64,000 nt of DNA from a virus (IMGVR_UViG_2595698621_000001:1-64000), one strand, 5' to 3'. Shown: positions 46,370-56,474, counted from the stretch's first letter. Notes: a model not told the origin generated them from the sequence alone. Program-made: numbers and translations.

Positions 46370-46527
46370 AGGAACACCTCGATTAGTTTGAACCCCACGT
46401 AGATGCCGACGATACCCATAACGCCAGCGAGGTTCGGCGGTGCAGGCACGGGTAGGTCCACGTATGCGAAAAGCGCACCGACGAACATACCCGTGACGAG
46501 CGAGAGAAGGACGATTTTGTAGCTCAT
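46366..46527 (-). CDS. XapX/DUF1427-like membrane microprotein
   Basis: LLSLVTGMFVG.LF....LPVPAPP.LAGVMGIVGIY.G. Confidence 0.75.
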   Translation of the reverse strand: MSYKIVLLSLVTGMFVGALFAYVDLPVPAPPNLAGVMGIVGIYVGFKLIEVFL

Positions 46528-46529
46528 CG

Positions 46530-47027
46530 TTAGAAGTCGAGCGGGTCCTCCACCTGGAATTGAGGTTCGAGCTCGCGCTCGTACACGACCATCCGATTCC
46601 CGCGACTCGTGTAGTAATAATCGACAGCGCTGAACCCGTTGTCCATCCAAAACTCCTCGAGGTCGGCGGTCGATAGTACATCTGCGACCATCACTTCCTT
46701 TCCTCGCTCTTCTGCGTAGTCGACTGCCTCCTCGAGCATCTCCGACCCGTACCCGTTATGTCGTTCCTTTGCAGACACAGCGATGTTACGGAGACACGCT
46801 TCTTCGGGCGCCAGGATGTCTGACTCGACCCACACCATACACGCGCCAGAAACTCGGTCTCCGCGCAGGAAATACAAGAGACGCCTGTCCTTGCGACGAA
46901 CGCACCGGTCAACGTTTTCACGCCGAACGAACCAGTACAGGTCCTGCGGAATCGTCACGTCGTCGAAGAAGTCGTCTATCTCGTCGAGACGCTCATCTTC
47001 AGGTTCTGCGACCTTGATTTCTACCAC
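46530..47027 (-). CDS. GNAT-family acetyltransferase
   Basis: LRNIAV..ER.NGYGS.ML acetyl-CoA motif, FW..NGF. Confidence 0.85.
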   Translation of the reverse strand: MVEIKVAEPEDERLDEIDDFFDDVTIPQDLYWFVRRENVDRCVRRKDRRLLYFLRGDRVSGACMVWVESDILAPEEACLRNIAVSAKERHNGYGSEMLEEAVDYAEERGKEVMVADVLSTADLEEFWMDNGFSAVDYYYTSRGNRMVVYERELEPQFQVEDPLDF

Positions 47028-49747
47028 GACAGAACACCCCCGTCACCGTCGTCGTCTCCCCCGTCATCTGCGAACGGGTTAGAGTTGCCATCATCACCGA
47101 GGTCAACACCCTCTGTCCTCGCACCCGCCGCGAGTTCGTCGAAGTCCCAACCGACCTCCTCGAGCATCGGGCGAAGGGGTCGGTCGAGTGTCTTCTCGAT
47201 ATGTTTCTCGCTGTCGAGGTCGAACCCGTCAGGAATATCGTCCCACCACTGTAGGGCGATAACGTCGGTGTTCGGTTTCATCGCTGGCGTCTTCCTGATG
47301 TAGTACACCCACGGTTGGTCGCCGTGCCCCCAGTCGTACCCGAGATGCTCGTTCGAGTAGATGGACGCACGAACCGATAGCGTAGGCGAGGAGTACGAGT
47401 CGATTGGGTCGTTAATCGTCCCGGGTTTCGCTATCTTTTGCAGGTCGATGCTCTCGTCTCTGATGCTGTCACATAGACCTTTGATGTAGTCGCTGACCGA
47501 GTCGAACCCTTCAGCGTTCAGGATTTTCTTGATAACTTCGGGTTGTGCTTCTTCGGTGAGTTCTGCCGAGTCACTACGCTGACTCTCGTACCCAGTGATG
47601 TCTGGTTTCGGAGCGATGTTACCAGCGTCGTCGGTGAGATACTGCCCCTCGTCCCAGAATTTGAGACCCGCGTAGCGTTTCTTCTTCCCGTGTTGGAAGA
47701 ATCGACGGTACAGTTTCTCAAACTCGAAGAACCAGCAGTGATTCTCGTCGTCGGGCAGGTCGTGAGGTAACCCAGAGAGGTCGAGGTGCGGGTGGTCATC
47801 ACCGAGACCTATGTCATCCGCCGCTCGCCCGATACGTTTGTTTATCTCCTTCTCGACCTCCATTCCACGTTCGACGACTTTCTCCATCGCTTCCTGGTCA
47901 TCGAGGTCGGACAGTTCGTCGTCGTCAGCAAGAGACACCATCACCGAGTCAGTGTCCCCGTAGATGACCTCGTACCCGAGTTCTTCGCATATCTCGACAC
48001 CCGTCCACAGGATGAAACGAGACAACCCGGTGATGGTGTCACCCAACTCTTTCGACGCCAGTCGGTAATACTCGTTGTTGGACACACCGAAGAACGAGTT
48101 CATAATGACCTTCACCGCACGCTGCTTGTGGTCCCATACCTGATACATCGGAGTGTTGGGTTCGTAGTCATTCCGCCTGTCCTTCATATCCTCGCGTTCG
48201 CTGAACAGCAACTTGAGGTACTTCGGCATTATCCCCTCGTCGTCGAGTTTCAACCCCTGCCCACGTTCAGCGTCGAACTCCATATGCTCTCGCTCGATAG
48301 TGCCTCCGAAGTCATCTTCCTTGACCGGCATCCACGGGACGATAACATCTGCCTCGTCGTTGTCGTTGGTCATCGTCTCCTTCGAGATGTTGCCAGTGAT
48401 AATCGACGACGGGTAGAGCGACTTCAGGTCGATAACACCAACCCACTCGCTGATACCCGTCGATGGAGACAACACGAGCCCACCCGCCGCACGGTCGACT
48501 TCAACACCGTCACTCGGCGGGAGAATCTCGTCTTCTTCGCGGCGAGACATAATGAACCCGTCCACGAGACGCATAGCGGAGAACGTATCGTACACCTGCA
48601 CTCCCGTGAGGTCCGACAGTTGATAGAAGAAACCGTGTATGTCTGCCATATCGTCGAGAGCAACGAGCAACTGCGTGTCTATGATGTTATACGCAGTCAG
48701 ACGACTACGGTCCTTCTCGTACCCCTCTCGGATGTTGATGTCTTCGACTTTACCAACACCCAGTTCTTCGTTGGCGACGTAGTCGAGCGCTTTCGACCTC
48801 CAGTCAGAGAACACCATCTGGTCGCAGTACGCAGTCATCATATCAAACCCGGGTAACCCCTCGATACGACCGACTACGTTCTCTCCTCGATACTCTCGAC
48901 TGATACCACCGATGTCCGAGAGGCGCCACTTATCGACACCCTGCACCTTCTCCATCCTGTTGAGAATGTATCGGTGGTCGAAGTCCTCCCAATTCCACCC
49001 GCTGAGGAGGTCGGGGCGCACGTCCTCGATGTAGTCGAGGAACGAGTTGAGCATCGCTGACTCGCTCGTTGCTATCGTCATCTCGATATCTGCCTGGACG
49101 AATTGAGGAGCGAGTTCGTGTCCATTCCAGTGGTCGCCGAGATGCTGCTTCACGTCACGCCCATCGACCTCTTTGTCCGGGTCGAGAACGAAGACGTTGT
49201 ATTTGTCTTCCCGGGTGTCGTAGGCGGTAATCATTATGATTTCCCCAGGCGCCTCCTCGGTAAATTCGTCGAAGTCAACACTCATATCCGGGAGCGCCTC
49301 GATGTCCGCCATAACGACACGCGGTTCAATCGACTCCACGTCTGACTCGTCGATGTCTGTCTCGACTTCAGAAATGTCGCAGTATTTCCTGTCCGGCACG
49401 CGGATGTAACCCGACAACCCGTAGTCGACTGAGGCTCGACGAGTGTACGGGACGTCTGACTCGTAGGCGACCGTGAAGTCGTCTCGAATATCGCTGACGT
49501 TTCCGGGTAGTTTCGTGACGACCTTCTTCAGCGGTCGCCCGTCATATCCTTCGTACCCGTGCTCTTCACGAACCACACAGTCCTGGTCGGCGGATTCGTG
49601 AGGTGGGACGAACAGATACGGTTCTGTACCTCCGATTATCGTCATATCCCGCTCGTCGTTTTCGTCACGACCGACGACACGGACGACGACATCTCCATCT
49701 TCTTCCTGGTAATCCAGGTCCGTTACTCGAACGAGTTTTTCCGTCAT
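47021..49747 (-). CDS. polB: family B DNA polymerase
   Basis: DIE exonuclease, GWNWEDFD, YNIID, DLKSLYPS, K.IMNSFFG, YGDTDS, KKRYAG; no intein. Confidence 0.97.
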   Translation of the reverse strand: MTEKLVRVTDLDYQEEDGDVVVRVVGRDENDERDMTIIGGTEPYLFVPPHESADQDCVVREEHGYEGYDGRPLKKVVTKLPGNVSDIRDDFTVAYESDVPYTRRASVDYGLSGYIRVPDRKYCDISEVETDIDESDVESIEPRVVMADIEALPDMSVDFDEFTEEAPGEIIMITAYDTREDKYNVFVLDPDKEVDGRDVKQHLGDHWNGHELAPQFVQADIEMTIATSESAMLNSFLDYIEDVRPDLLSGWNWEDFDHRYILNRMEKVQGVDKWRLSDIGGISREYRGENVVGRIEGLPGFDMMTAYCDQMVFSDWRSKALDYVANEELGVGKVEDINIREGYEKDRSRLTAYNIIDTQLLVALDDMADIHGFFYQLSDLTGVQVYDTFSAMRLVDGFIMSRREEDEILPPSDGVEVDRAAGGLVLSPSTGISEWVGVIDLKSLYPSSIITGNISKETMTNDNDEADVIVPWMPVKEDDFGGTIEREHMEFDAERGQGLKLDDEGIMPKYLKLLFSEREDMKDRRNDYEPNTPMYQVWDHKQRAVKVIMNSFFGVSNNEYYRLASKELGDTITGLSRFILWTGVEICEELGYEVIYGDTDSVMVSLADDDELSDLDDQEAMEKVVERGMEVEKEINKRIGRAADDIGLGDDHPHLDLSGLPHDLPDDENHCWFFEFEKLYRRFFQHGKKKRYAGLKFWDEGQYLTDDAGNIAPKPDITGYESQRSDSAELTEEAQPEVIKKILNAEGFDSVSDYIKGLCDSIRDESIDLQKIAKPGTINDPIDSYSSPTLSVRASIYSNEHLGYDWGHGDQPWVYYIRKTPAMKPNTDVIALQWWDDIPDGFDLDSEKHIEKTLDRPLRPMLEEVGWDFDELAAGARTEGVDLGDDGNSNPFADDGGDDDGDGGVLSW

Positions 49748-49768
49748 CTAATCACCTGTTGTAGTTGG

Positions 49769-50065
49769 TCAGTAATCAAGTGGGTCATCTATCTCCACGT
49801 CATCTATGGCTTCGGGGTCAGGACACTCAATCCTTCCTGTCTCGACGAGTCGATGGTGTGCCTTGCACAGAGTGATGAGGTTAGAGAGACGGTGGGCGTC
49901 GTCGGGGTCGTCGAACTTCTTGACCTTCACAACGTGGTGGACGTGCAGAGGTTCTTTGATACTCTGTGACTTCCCGCAGATTCGGCACTCGTAGTTGTCT
50001 CGCTCGAGCGCGTCCTCTCGTTTCTCGTCCCACGTATCGCCGTAGTCGCGTCTCGTGTATCCCAT
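49769..50065 (-). CDS. HNH endonuclease
   Basis: W...R..ALERD.Y.C.ICG, LHVHH, NLITLC..HH. Confidence 0.85.
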   Translation of the reverse strand: MGYTRRDYGDTWDEKREDALERDNYECRICGKSQSIKEPLHVHHVVKVKKFDDPDDAHRLSNLITLCKAHHRLVETGRIECPDPEAIDDVEIDDPLDY

Positions 50066-50067
50066 CG

Positions 50068-50874
50068 TCAGTATTTCCAGTAAGACACGTCGGCCATAGA
50101 GTGGTCCTGCGCAGGACAGACAAACTGATAATCGCAGAACCCGCAGTGACCTCCCGTCTTCGCGGGGAAGTTCTCCGCGTCCATCGCTTGCAGTAGCGAG
50201 CGAGCGTACTGTTTCATCTCCTCCCATCTGTCCTGCGACGGGTCAGAGCGACGAACCGTTCCGTCACCCAGGTAGACGAAAATCACCTTATCGGGATACT
50301 CTCCGTACCGGTCGAGGTACGCACCAGCGTACACCATCCCCTGGATGAGCTCGTCACGTATGCGATAGTCGCGGATGTTCCCATCGCTGTCGTGAGCGTT
50401 CCCCGTCTTCCAGTCGATAATGAAGCGGTCGGTTGTCACGTCCATCTTCGCGTTGAACATAGCGTTTACCGACCCTTTCACCGCGTAGCGATGCTCTGCC
50501 TCTATTTCTCGGATATTCAGGTCGTCATACTCTGCGAAGAACTTGGCAGCGTTGTCGCAGCACTTGAGACCTTTGTCGTACATCCACTCCGGAATGTCCG
50601 GGTCCTCCTCTCGATACCGGCGCTTCAGTCGGTGCGCCAGAGTGCTCGAGTTCGGCGTGCCTCCTTGTTCCTTCAGTTCTGCCTCGATTGAGTCGTGTAC
50701 TGCGTTCCCCAGTCCGAGATAACCCTCGCCGGGTTTCGTTCGCGTCTCCTCTTTCACGTAGTTGTACCACCAACTGAGCGGGCACTGTGCGAACTTCTTG
50801 ACCCGCGACGCTGAAAGAGGATGCTCGCGCACGTCCTGAGGTACGCTTCGTGTTTCTTCTGTCATTTTGACCAT
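50068..50874 (-). CDS. Cas4/RecB-like PD-(D/E)xK exonuclease
   Basis: LSAS....CP, G.AVH, E, MD..IIDWKTG, Q...Y, C.FC.Y...CP. Confidence 0.88.
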   Translation of the reverse strand: MVKMTEETRSVPQDVREHPLSASRVKKFAQCPLSWWYNYVKEETRTKPGEGYLGLGNAVHDSIEAELKEQGGTPNSSTLAHRLKRRYREEDPDIPEWMYDKGLKCCDNAAKFFAEYDDLNIREIEAEHRYAVKGSVNAMFNAKMDVTTDRFIIDWKTGNAHDSDGNIRDYRIRDELIQGMVYAGAYLDRYGEYPDKVIFVYLGDGTVRRSDPSQDRWEEMKQYARSLLQAMDAENFPAKTGGHCGFCDYQFVCPAQDHSMADVSYWKY

Positions 50875-51379
50875 CTCGCTTTCGCTTTCTCTTGTGCCGC
50901 TACGTCCTTCATCGACCTGCCTCCAGCGGCATCGAGGTTCGTGCCCTTCTTCTGCATAAGGTCGATGTTTTCGTCCATCGTCAGAGACGTATCGACCTTG
51001 CTCGTCCAGTCAGTAACCTCGTAATACACCGCTGCCGCTTTGACACACTGCCACTGAATCAGTGTCAGGTTGTCGTCGTTCTGGTTACCCATCGGGAGAC
51101 GCAGTATCTCGCTGTCGGTGAGACGCGCCTGACCGATTGGGATTGCTTGACCACAGTGCGGGCAGGACGGCATCGTTTACTCCTGCTCGTCGTCGAGCAT
51201 ATCGTCCTCGAACCCTTCCATATCGCTGTACTGCTCGTCGATAGCGTCGAGTTTCTCAAGTGCCTGCTTTTCAGTCATCTCGTGTACCTTGACGAGATGC
51301 TTCGCCGCGTCCTTCCTGTTGTCGAAGTCGACTTCGTGGTCGAAGCAGTAGTATCGACTGAACCCGCCTGTAGTTTCCA

Positions 51380-52408
51380 TCAGCGGTCACCTCGCTGGTA
51401 CCCCTCGAGAGACACGTAGCGAGCAACGTGCAGGTCTGCGAGGAGCGAGTGGAACTGAACGTGCGGGTTCGCGCCACGCATAGCACGCCAATTCGTCTCC
51501 GCCACTTTGTCGAGACACTTCGCTTTCACGTCACCCTCGAGGTCCTTCTTCTTTATCTCGCTGAGGAAGGAATCACAGAGGGCGTTGACGGGCACGCCTT
51601 CCTTCAGAATCTCCACGTCGAGGCGGCGCATAGCGTCGTCCAGGTCACCATCGACTGCTTGGTCGATAATCTCACGAACCAGAGCGTCGTCGACTGTCTG
51701 CGCGACAACGTTGACCCCGTTCGCGTCTATTTCCCCTTCATACGCTGCCGCCTGCATACTGTTGATGAGTTTCCGAGCGTCGCCGTCTGCGGAATTGACC
51801 ATCAGGTTCAGCGTGTCGTCGTTGATGTCTATGTCCTCGCCGGCAGCAACCTTGCGACCGATTTGGAACAGGTCTTCGTCCGTGAGCGGCGAGATACTGA
51901 ACGGGGCGCACCGTGACTGGATGGGACCGATAATCTTCGACAGGTAGTTACACGACAGGAAGAAGCGCGTCACGTCCGCGTGCTCTTCCATAATCCGTCG
52001 AAGCGCTGCTTGAGCATCTTTCGTGAGCTGGTCGGCCTCATCGAGGAAGACGATTTTGTACTGATGGTCGCCAATCGTCCCCTGCACTGCGTAGTTCTTT
52101 ACCTTGTCGCGGATGGTGTCGATACCACGCTCGTCGGAGGCGTTCAGTTCCAGAATATTGTTTCGCCAGTTGTCTCCGTACTTCTCCTTGGCGAACGCCT
52201 GGATGATTGCTGTCTTCCCGATTCCTTGCTTGCCCGAAAACACGACGTGAGGCACGTCCTCGGTGTCGAGGAACTTCCTCATCCGCTTCACGACCTCCTC
52301 GTGACCAACTATGTCGTCGAGTGTCTCGGGGCGGTACTTCTCAACCCAGATTTTATCTGCTACGGTCATCGTCGATTGTATCGTTGAACGTTCACTCTTA
52401 TATCCCAA
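51380..52408 (-). CDS. rfcS: replication factor C small subunit
   Basis: WVEKYRP, G..GIGKT, ELNASDERGID, FLDEAD, QAALRRIME, PIQSRC, GDARK. Confidence 0.95.
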   Translation of the reverse strand: MGYKSERSTIQSTMTVADKIWVEKYRPETLDDIVGHEEVVKRMRKFLDTEDVPHVVFSGKQGIGKTAIIQAFAKEKYGDNWRNNILELNASDERGIDTIRDKVKNYAVQGTIGDHQYKIVFLDEADQLTKDAQAALRRIMEEHADVTRFFLSCNYLSKIIGPIQSRCAPFSISPLTDEDLFQIGRKVAAGEDIDINDDTLNLMVNSADGDARKLINSMQAAAYEGEIDANGVNVVAQTVDDALVREIIDQAVDGDLDDAMRRLDVEILKEGVPVNALCDSFLSEIKKKDLEGDVKAKCLDKVAETNWRAMRGANPHVQFHSLLADLHVARYVSLEGYQRGDR

Positions 52409-52834
52409 TTCATCCGAAAAAGACGGCGTTCTTGGCTACAACGAGTCGAGGTTCGTCTCGTCGAAGTTGTCCGACTCACGCATAACGAGCGCGAGGTTGT
52501 CGAAAGCTTCAGCGAGGTCGTCGCCGTACCCCTTCACTTCGCGTCTATCTGCACTTTCGTAGCGCACGCCGATACTCCGCTCGTTCATCGGATTCCGGAT
52601 TAACTCGATTTGTGGCATCATCTGCTGAGTCCTGCTTGCTCTCGTTCTCGTTCGCTCAGTTCTTCTACGTCGGACAGCATCCTGTCCCACATACGCTCCC
52701 ACACTTCATAGGCCTCATCGGGCGTCTCTCCCTCCGCCTCCGCCATCAGCCAACCCGCGCCACCAGAGACCTCGAACGTCTCCGGTTCAGCTTCGTCGCT
52801 CTCGTCGTCCTCGTCGTGGTCGCACCCACAGTCC

Positions 52835-53425
52835 TCACTCATCGACGACCTCCTTCACGACGCGCAGAGCGTCGGAGATGACCTCCTCCTCTGTTTGGTC
52901 AGCGTCGATGGTACGATAGCGCTCGAAGTTCTCACGCCGAAGAAGCTCGTAATTTGACTTGACCTGCTCGAGCATCTCTACCCGCTCGTATTTCTCGACG
53001 CCATCGAGACGGTCAAGTGCAGTGTCGAGTGTCACGTTCAGGTAGATTGTCGCGTCGGGCTCGATATTCCACGGAGACATAACCGACTTCATCCACTGCG
53101 GCGGGTCTTCGAGCTCGTTCATCAACTGAACGGGTTGATACGCGAGCGTCGAGTCAGTGAACCTGTCCGAGATGACGAGTTTGCCTTCGGCGAGTGCAGG
53201 TTTGATTTGTGTCTCGATATGCAGGTGTCGGTCAGCCATAAAGAGAAAGAAGTCGGTGAACGGCGGAGTGTCCTCAGTGAGCGCTCGACGGACCTGCTTG
53301 CCCGTCCAGAGCTCAGACGGTTCCTGCGTCCTCACCACGTCGAATTCTTCCTCGATAGCGTCCGTTACCGACGTTTTGCCTGCACCGTCGATTCCTTCGA
53401 CAGTGATGAAGGTACCTTCACTCAT
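52835..53425 (-). CDS. tmk: thymidylate kinase
   Basis: FITVEGIDGAGKT, EP, ADR, ISDRF.DS.LAYQ. Confidence 0.92.
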   Translation of the reverse strand: MSEGTFITVEGIDGAGKTSVTDAIEEEFDVVRTQEPSELWTGKQVRRALTEDTPPFTDFFLFMADRHLHIETQIKPALAEGKLVISDRFTDSTLAYQPVQLMNELEDPPQWMKSVMSPWNIEPDATIYLNVTLDTALDRLDGVEKYERVEMLEQVKSNYELLRRENFERYRTIDADQTEEEVISDALRVVKEVVDE

Positions 53426-53427
53426 CG

Positions 53428-53904
53428 TCAGAACTCCAGAACACTTTCGCCAACGACTTCGTCGCTCGGGTCGCCCAGAAGGTCGAGGACGCGCTCGCCA
53501 GTGCTGGTGATGTAGAAATACGCAGTCATCCCGCGCTTTCGTTTGTTGACGTAACCAGCGTGGAGAAGTGACGAGAGCGCCTTCGCAGCGTCGAACGAGT
53601 CAGCAGTCGAGAGGTCGAGAACATCCTTCGCACGCAGCATCCGAGATGGATTCCGCGCCTTGTTTCGGTCGAGGATGAACAGACATCGGTGCGTCACGTC
53701 GCCCTCAGTCACGGGCAGGTCGGGACTGTGTGATTGTTCCTCCTGCACATCAGTGAGGTCCTGCACGAGGTCTTCACGCTCGCGGACGTGAAGTTCTCCG
53801 TCGAAGTCAGGGTTGTCGTACAGGAACGATACCGCCTCGTCTGTGGTGTCGAACACCTGTTTCTGTTTCTGCGACATCTGCGTTTCGAGTAACGGAATGT
53901 CCAC
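53428..53904 (-). CDS. winged-helix protein
   Basis: LSSLLHAGYV.K...Y.IT.TG wHTH wing pattern. Confidence 0.6.
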   Translation of the reverse strand: MDIPLLETQMSQKQKQVFDTTDEAVSFLYDNPDFDGELHVREREDLVQDLTDVQEEQSHSPDLPVTEGDVTHRCLFILDRNKARNPSRMLRAKDVLDLSTADSFDAAKALSSLLHAGYVNKRKRGMTAYFYITSTGERVLDLLGDPSDEVVGESVLEF

Positions 53905-53938
53905 TGGTGTATCCGCGGTTCCAGAAAAAGGAGCGTTC

Positions 53939-55090
53939 TCAGCTCATCCACTCTGCCTCGCCGCCTGACCACCCATACGTCTCGCACGACTCTGGGTCGT
54001 CCTCACGCTGACACAAACCGAGCCCCTGAATCGTTCGGCACGACATATCGCTGTAACCACGTCGCTCGATTTGTTTCAGGAACTTCCGTGTCTTCTTGCG
54101 GTCAGCGTCACGCCAACCCAGTTTCATAAAGATGGTCTCTATCTCCTCGCGGGAGAAACCGGCGTTGAACAGAAGAACTGCCGAGTTGAAACGAACCATA
54201 TGATGAGGGTTCGGTTGTACGATTCTCTCGTACATACAGGGCATCTGAAGGAGGTCCTTCAGCATATTGAGCAGGCCCTGCCTGTCGTACTCCTCCACGT
54301 CGATTTCCGTCTCGACCTTACCGCGTGCAGTCGCACGTTCCTCGAGATACTCATCGTACACCTTCATCTCCGGTCGTTCGTTCTCGTCAGGAATAGGGAT
54401 GTCTCGCGTGGAGGTCGACCAGTCGAGTAGTTCATCGACGGTCAAGTTACGGATTTCTCGTCGCGTCAGCGGGACGGTGTAGAGGTTGCAGGGCATCGTA
54501 TGCGTGTCCGAGGTGATTGATTCACCCCGGTCAGCATCCACGTACACCCGACGAACGTTCGGGATTCTCAGGATACGCTGAACGTCCCCGATAATCTGCA
54601 CGTCTGCCGTTTCGAGGTCGTAGTTATCTATTACCTTCCGTACCGTCGTAGCGAGGTGTCTGCTCGCGTTGAGTTGGTCCTGGTACAAGAGGTGGAGATG
54701 TATCCCAAACCCAGAGAAAACGCCTACGAGCGGTATCTCTTGCGACTGTGCGTACTCGGCGACCAGTCGAGCGTCAGACACGACTTCACCGAGGACTTCC
54801 TCAGCGAGGTCTCGGTCCTGACGCATAGCGTGAATCTTCTCGTCGTCGCGGTCGAGGTCAGGAAACGCCGCGTCTTTGAACGGCGAATCCAGGTCAAACG
54901 CTATCTTGTCAGAGATGACACCGCCGCCTTCAGTCAGGTCGAAGTACGATATGGTGGAGTACAGATTCCGCTCGCCCTCACACTCGTCGATAGCGACATC
55001 CATCTCACTCTCGCTGTGTACCGGCCACTGCACGGGGTTCCCGAACCTACGCGGAAACTTCCCAAACAGCAATTTTTGAACGGGCTTCAT
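53939..55090 (-). CDS. archaeo-eukaryotic primase, PriS-PriL(C-terminal) fusion
   Basis: FDLD, FSGFGIHL, D..RILRIP; C-terminal PCM..H..R..Y..MSC....GLC. Confidence 0.8.
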   Translation of the reverse strand: MKPVQKLLFGKFPRRFGNPVQWPVHSESEMDVAIDECEGERNLYSTISYFDLTEGGGVISDKIAFDLDSPFKDAAFPDLDRDDEKIHAMRQDRDLAEEVLGEVVSDARLVAEYAQSQEIPLVGVFSGFGIHLHLLYQDQLNASRHLATTVRKVIDNYDLETADVQIIGDVQRILRIPNVRRVYVDADRGESITSDTHTMPCNLYTVPLTRREIRNLTVDELLDWSTSTRDIPIPDENERPEMKVYDEYLEERATARGKVETEIDVEEYDRQGLLNMLKDLLQMPCMYERIVQPNPHHMVRFNSAVLLFNAGFSREEIETIFMKLGWRDADRKKTRKFLKQIERRGYSDMSCRTIQGLGLCQREDDPESCETYGWSGGEAEWMS

Positions 55091-55111
55091 ACGGAATCTG
55101 TAGGGTGAGAG

Positions 55112-55969
55112 TTACTGCTTGTTGACGGGCCCGATAACGTTTCGGAGGACCTGACCCTCGTACTCGTCCTGCACCACGCAGATGGGCATACCGTCAGCCG
55201 TCTCGATACGCACGTCACCGCTGAGCGTGCCGAAGAGTTCCTCGAACCCTTGATTGTACTCGTTCGAGAGGTCGTCACCTTCGACGGTGTCTGCCTGAAG
55301 CGCACCCCAGGCGGCGTTCCGTCGTTCGTCCTTCCCGACGCTCAGGTAGAGTTCTCCATCCTGAATCGTCACCGGGTAGAACTTCGTATCGTCGTCGTCG
55401 TTGACGATGTCTATGATTTTCTGAATCTGCGTGACACTCGTCTCGATGAGTGCGGGCATACGCTCGCCGTCGCCCGTCAGGAACGAGTGAGTGTCGTCGT
55501 CGAACCGTCCCACAGCGTCGAGCGGGACTTCGTCGAGATTCGACTCGGACGCGGGCAGCATCACTCGCGTCTGAATCGCCCCGTGGAACTGGAGCGCGTG
55601 AGCGAGACGGTCGTTCTCCTCACCGAGAAGCGTGAGCTCAACGGTATCGCTCGGGTCGCCCGTCGCGTAGTTGAGGTAGGTGAGGAAGTCCTCCACGTTG
55701 ATAATCGCCTCTGCTGTCCCGTTGTTGTCCTCGACGAGCGCCTCCTGGTCGGTTTCGACCGTGTCGAGGAACCCAGCGCCGAACGTGGAGTACGAGATGA
55801 CGCTGTTGTTCTGCTTGGAGGCGAGGAACCGCGCCTCGCCGCCTCCGGCGTTGACGTACACCTCGCTGTGTACCGCGTCGCCGGAAGACGCCTTGAGGGA
55901 CGCCTTCTTAATCATCTGCTCGAGTCGACCCGCCTGTGCCGTGATAGTCGCCTTGGTAATTTCAGTCAT
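55112..55969 (-). CDS. putative sliding clamp (PCNA-like)
   Basis: 285 aa, alternating beta/alpha pattern, C-terminal ..VIGP; lies among RFC, PolB and primase genes. Confidence 0.6.
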   Translation of the reverse strand: MTEITKATITAQAGRLEQMIKKASLKASSGDAVHSEVYVNAGGGEARFLASKQNNSVISYSTFGAGFLDTVETDQEALVEDNNGTAEAIINVEDFLTYLNYATGDPSDTVELTLLGEENDRLAHALQFHGAIQTRVMLPASESNLDEVPLDAVGRFDDDTHSFLTGDGERMPALIETSVTQIQKIIDIVNDDDDTKFYPVTIQDGELYLSVGKDERRNAAWGALQADTVEGDDLSNEYNQGFEELFGTLSGDVRIETADGMPICVVQDEYEGQVLRNVIGPVNKQ

Positions 55970-56474
55970 CGTTGTCGTTGGTTTCGGTCGCAGTTTCTTC
56001 CTTGCCTGCACTGAGTTCGTTGTCGAGACGTTCCCGTAAGTCCTCGGAGCTAATATCACCGACGTGCTTGTCCAGCACGTCGAGGGCAGTGATATTTTCT
56101 CCTGCGAGGCTGTTGACGCGACCGTGGACGTCTTCCTCGACATACACGGACACGTACTCGTCTTCGGGAATCGACATACGGTGCTCCTCCACGTCGTCGG
56201 GCAGGAGAACACGCAGAGCGTCACTCAGCGTCCACTCGGTTCCCTTCACAGCATCCTTGAGTTTCGCACGTCGGTCACGAGTCACTCGGATGCCCTTGAG
56301 GTTTCGCTCCTCGGTAATCTCCATTTTGCGAAGGAGACCCTCTCCGATACCCTCAACTTCGAGGAGGTCGCCTGCGTCAGAAGTGAGGACTTCTTCGGCG
56401 GTTTCATACCCTGCACTTTGCAGGAGTTCCGCCGTCTTCGGACCCACACCGCGTAGACGTTCGAGTTCAGTCAT
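55962..56474 (-). CDS. HhH DNA-binding protein
   Basis: LRGVGPKTA..L..AGY, L.VEGIG. Confidence 0.75.
   Translation of the reverse strand: MTELERLRGVGPKTAELLQSAGYETAEEVLTSDAGDLLEVEGIGEGLLRKMEITEERNLKGIRVTRDRRAKLKDAVKGTEWTLSDALRVLLPDDVEEHRMSIPEDEYVSVYVEEDVHGRVNSLAGENITALDVLDKHVGDISSEDLRERLDNELSAGKEETATETNDNDD

Noticed and set aside
47021-49747. Inteins in PolB, RNR, RFC, RtcB or TerL
   Set aside because: Lengths and motif spacing are normal; no C1..HN-C/S/T junctions or LAGLIDADG blocks seen.
50068-50874. Cas4 as part of a CRISPR system
   Set aside because: Stand-alone Cas4/RecB-like exonuclease within the replication block; no other cas genes or array.
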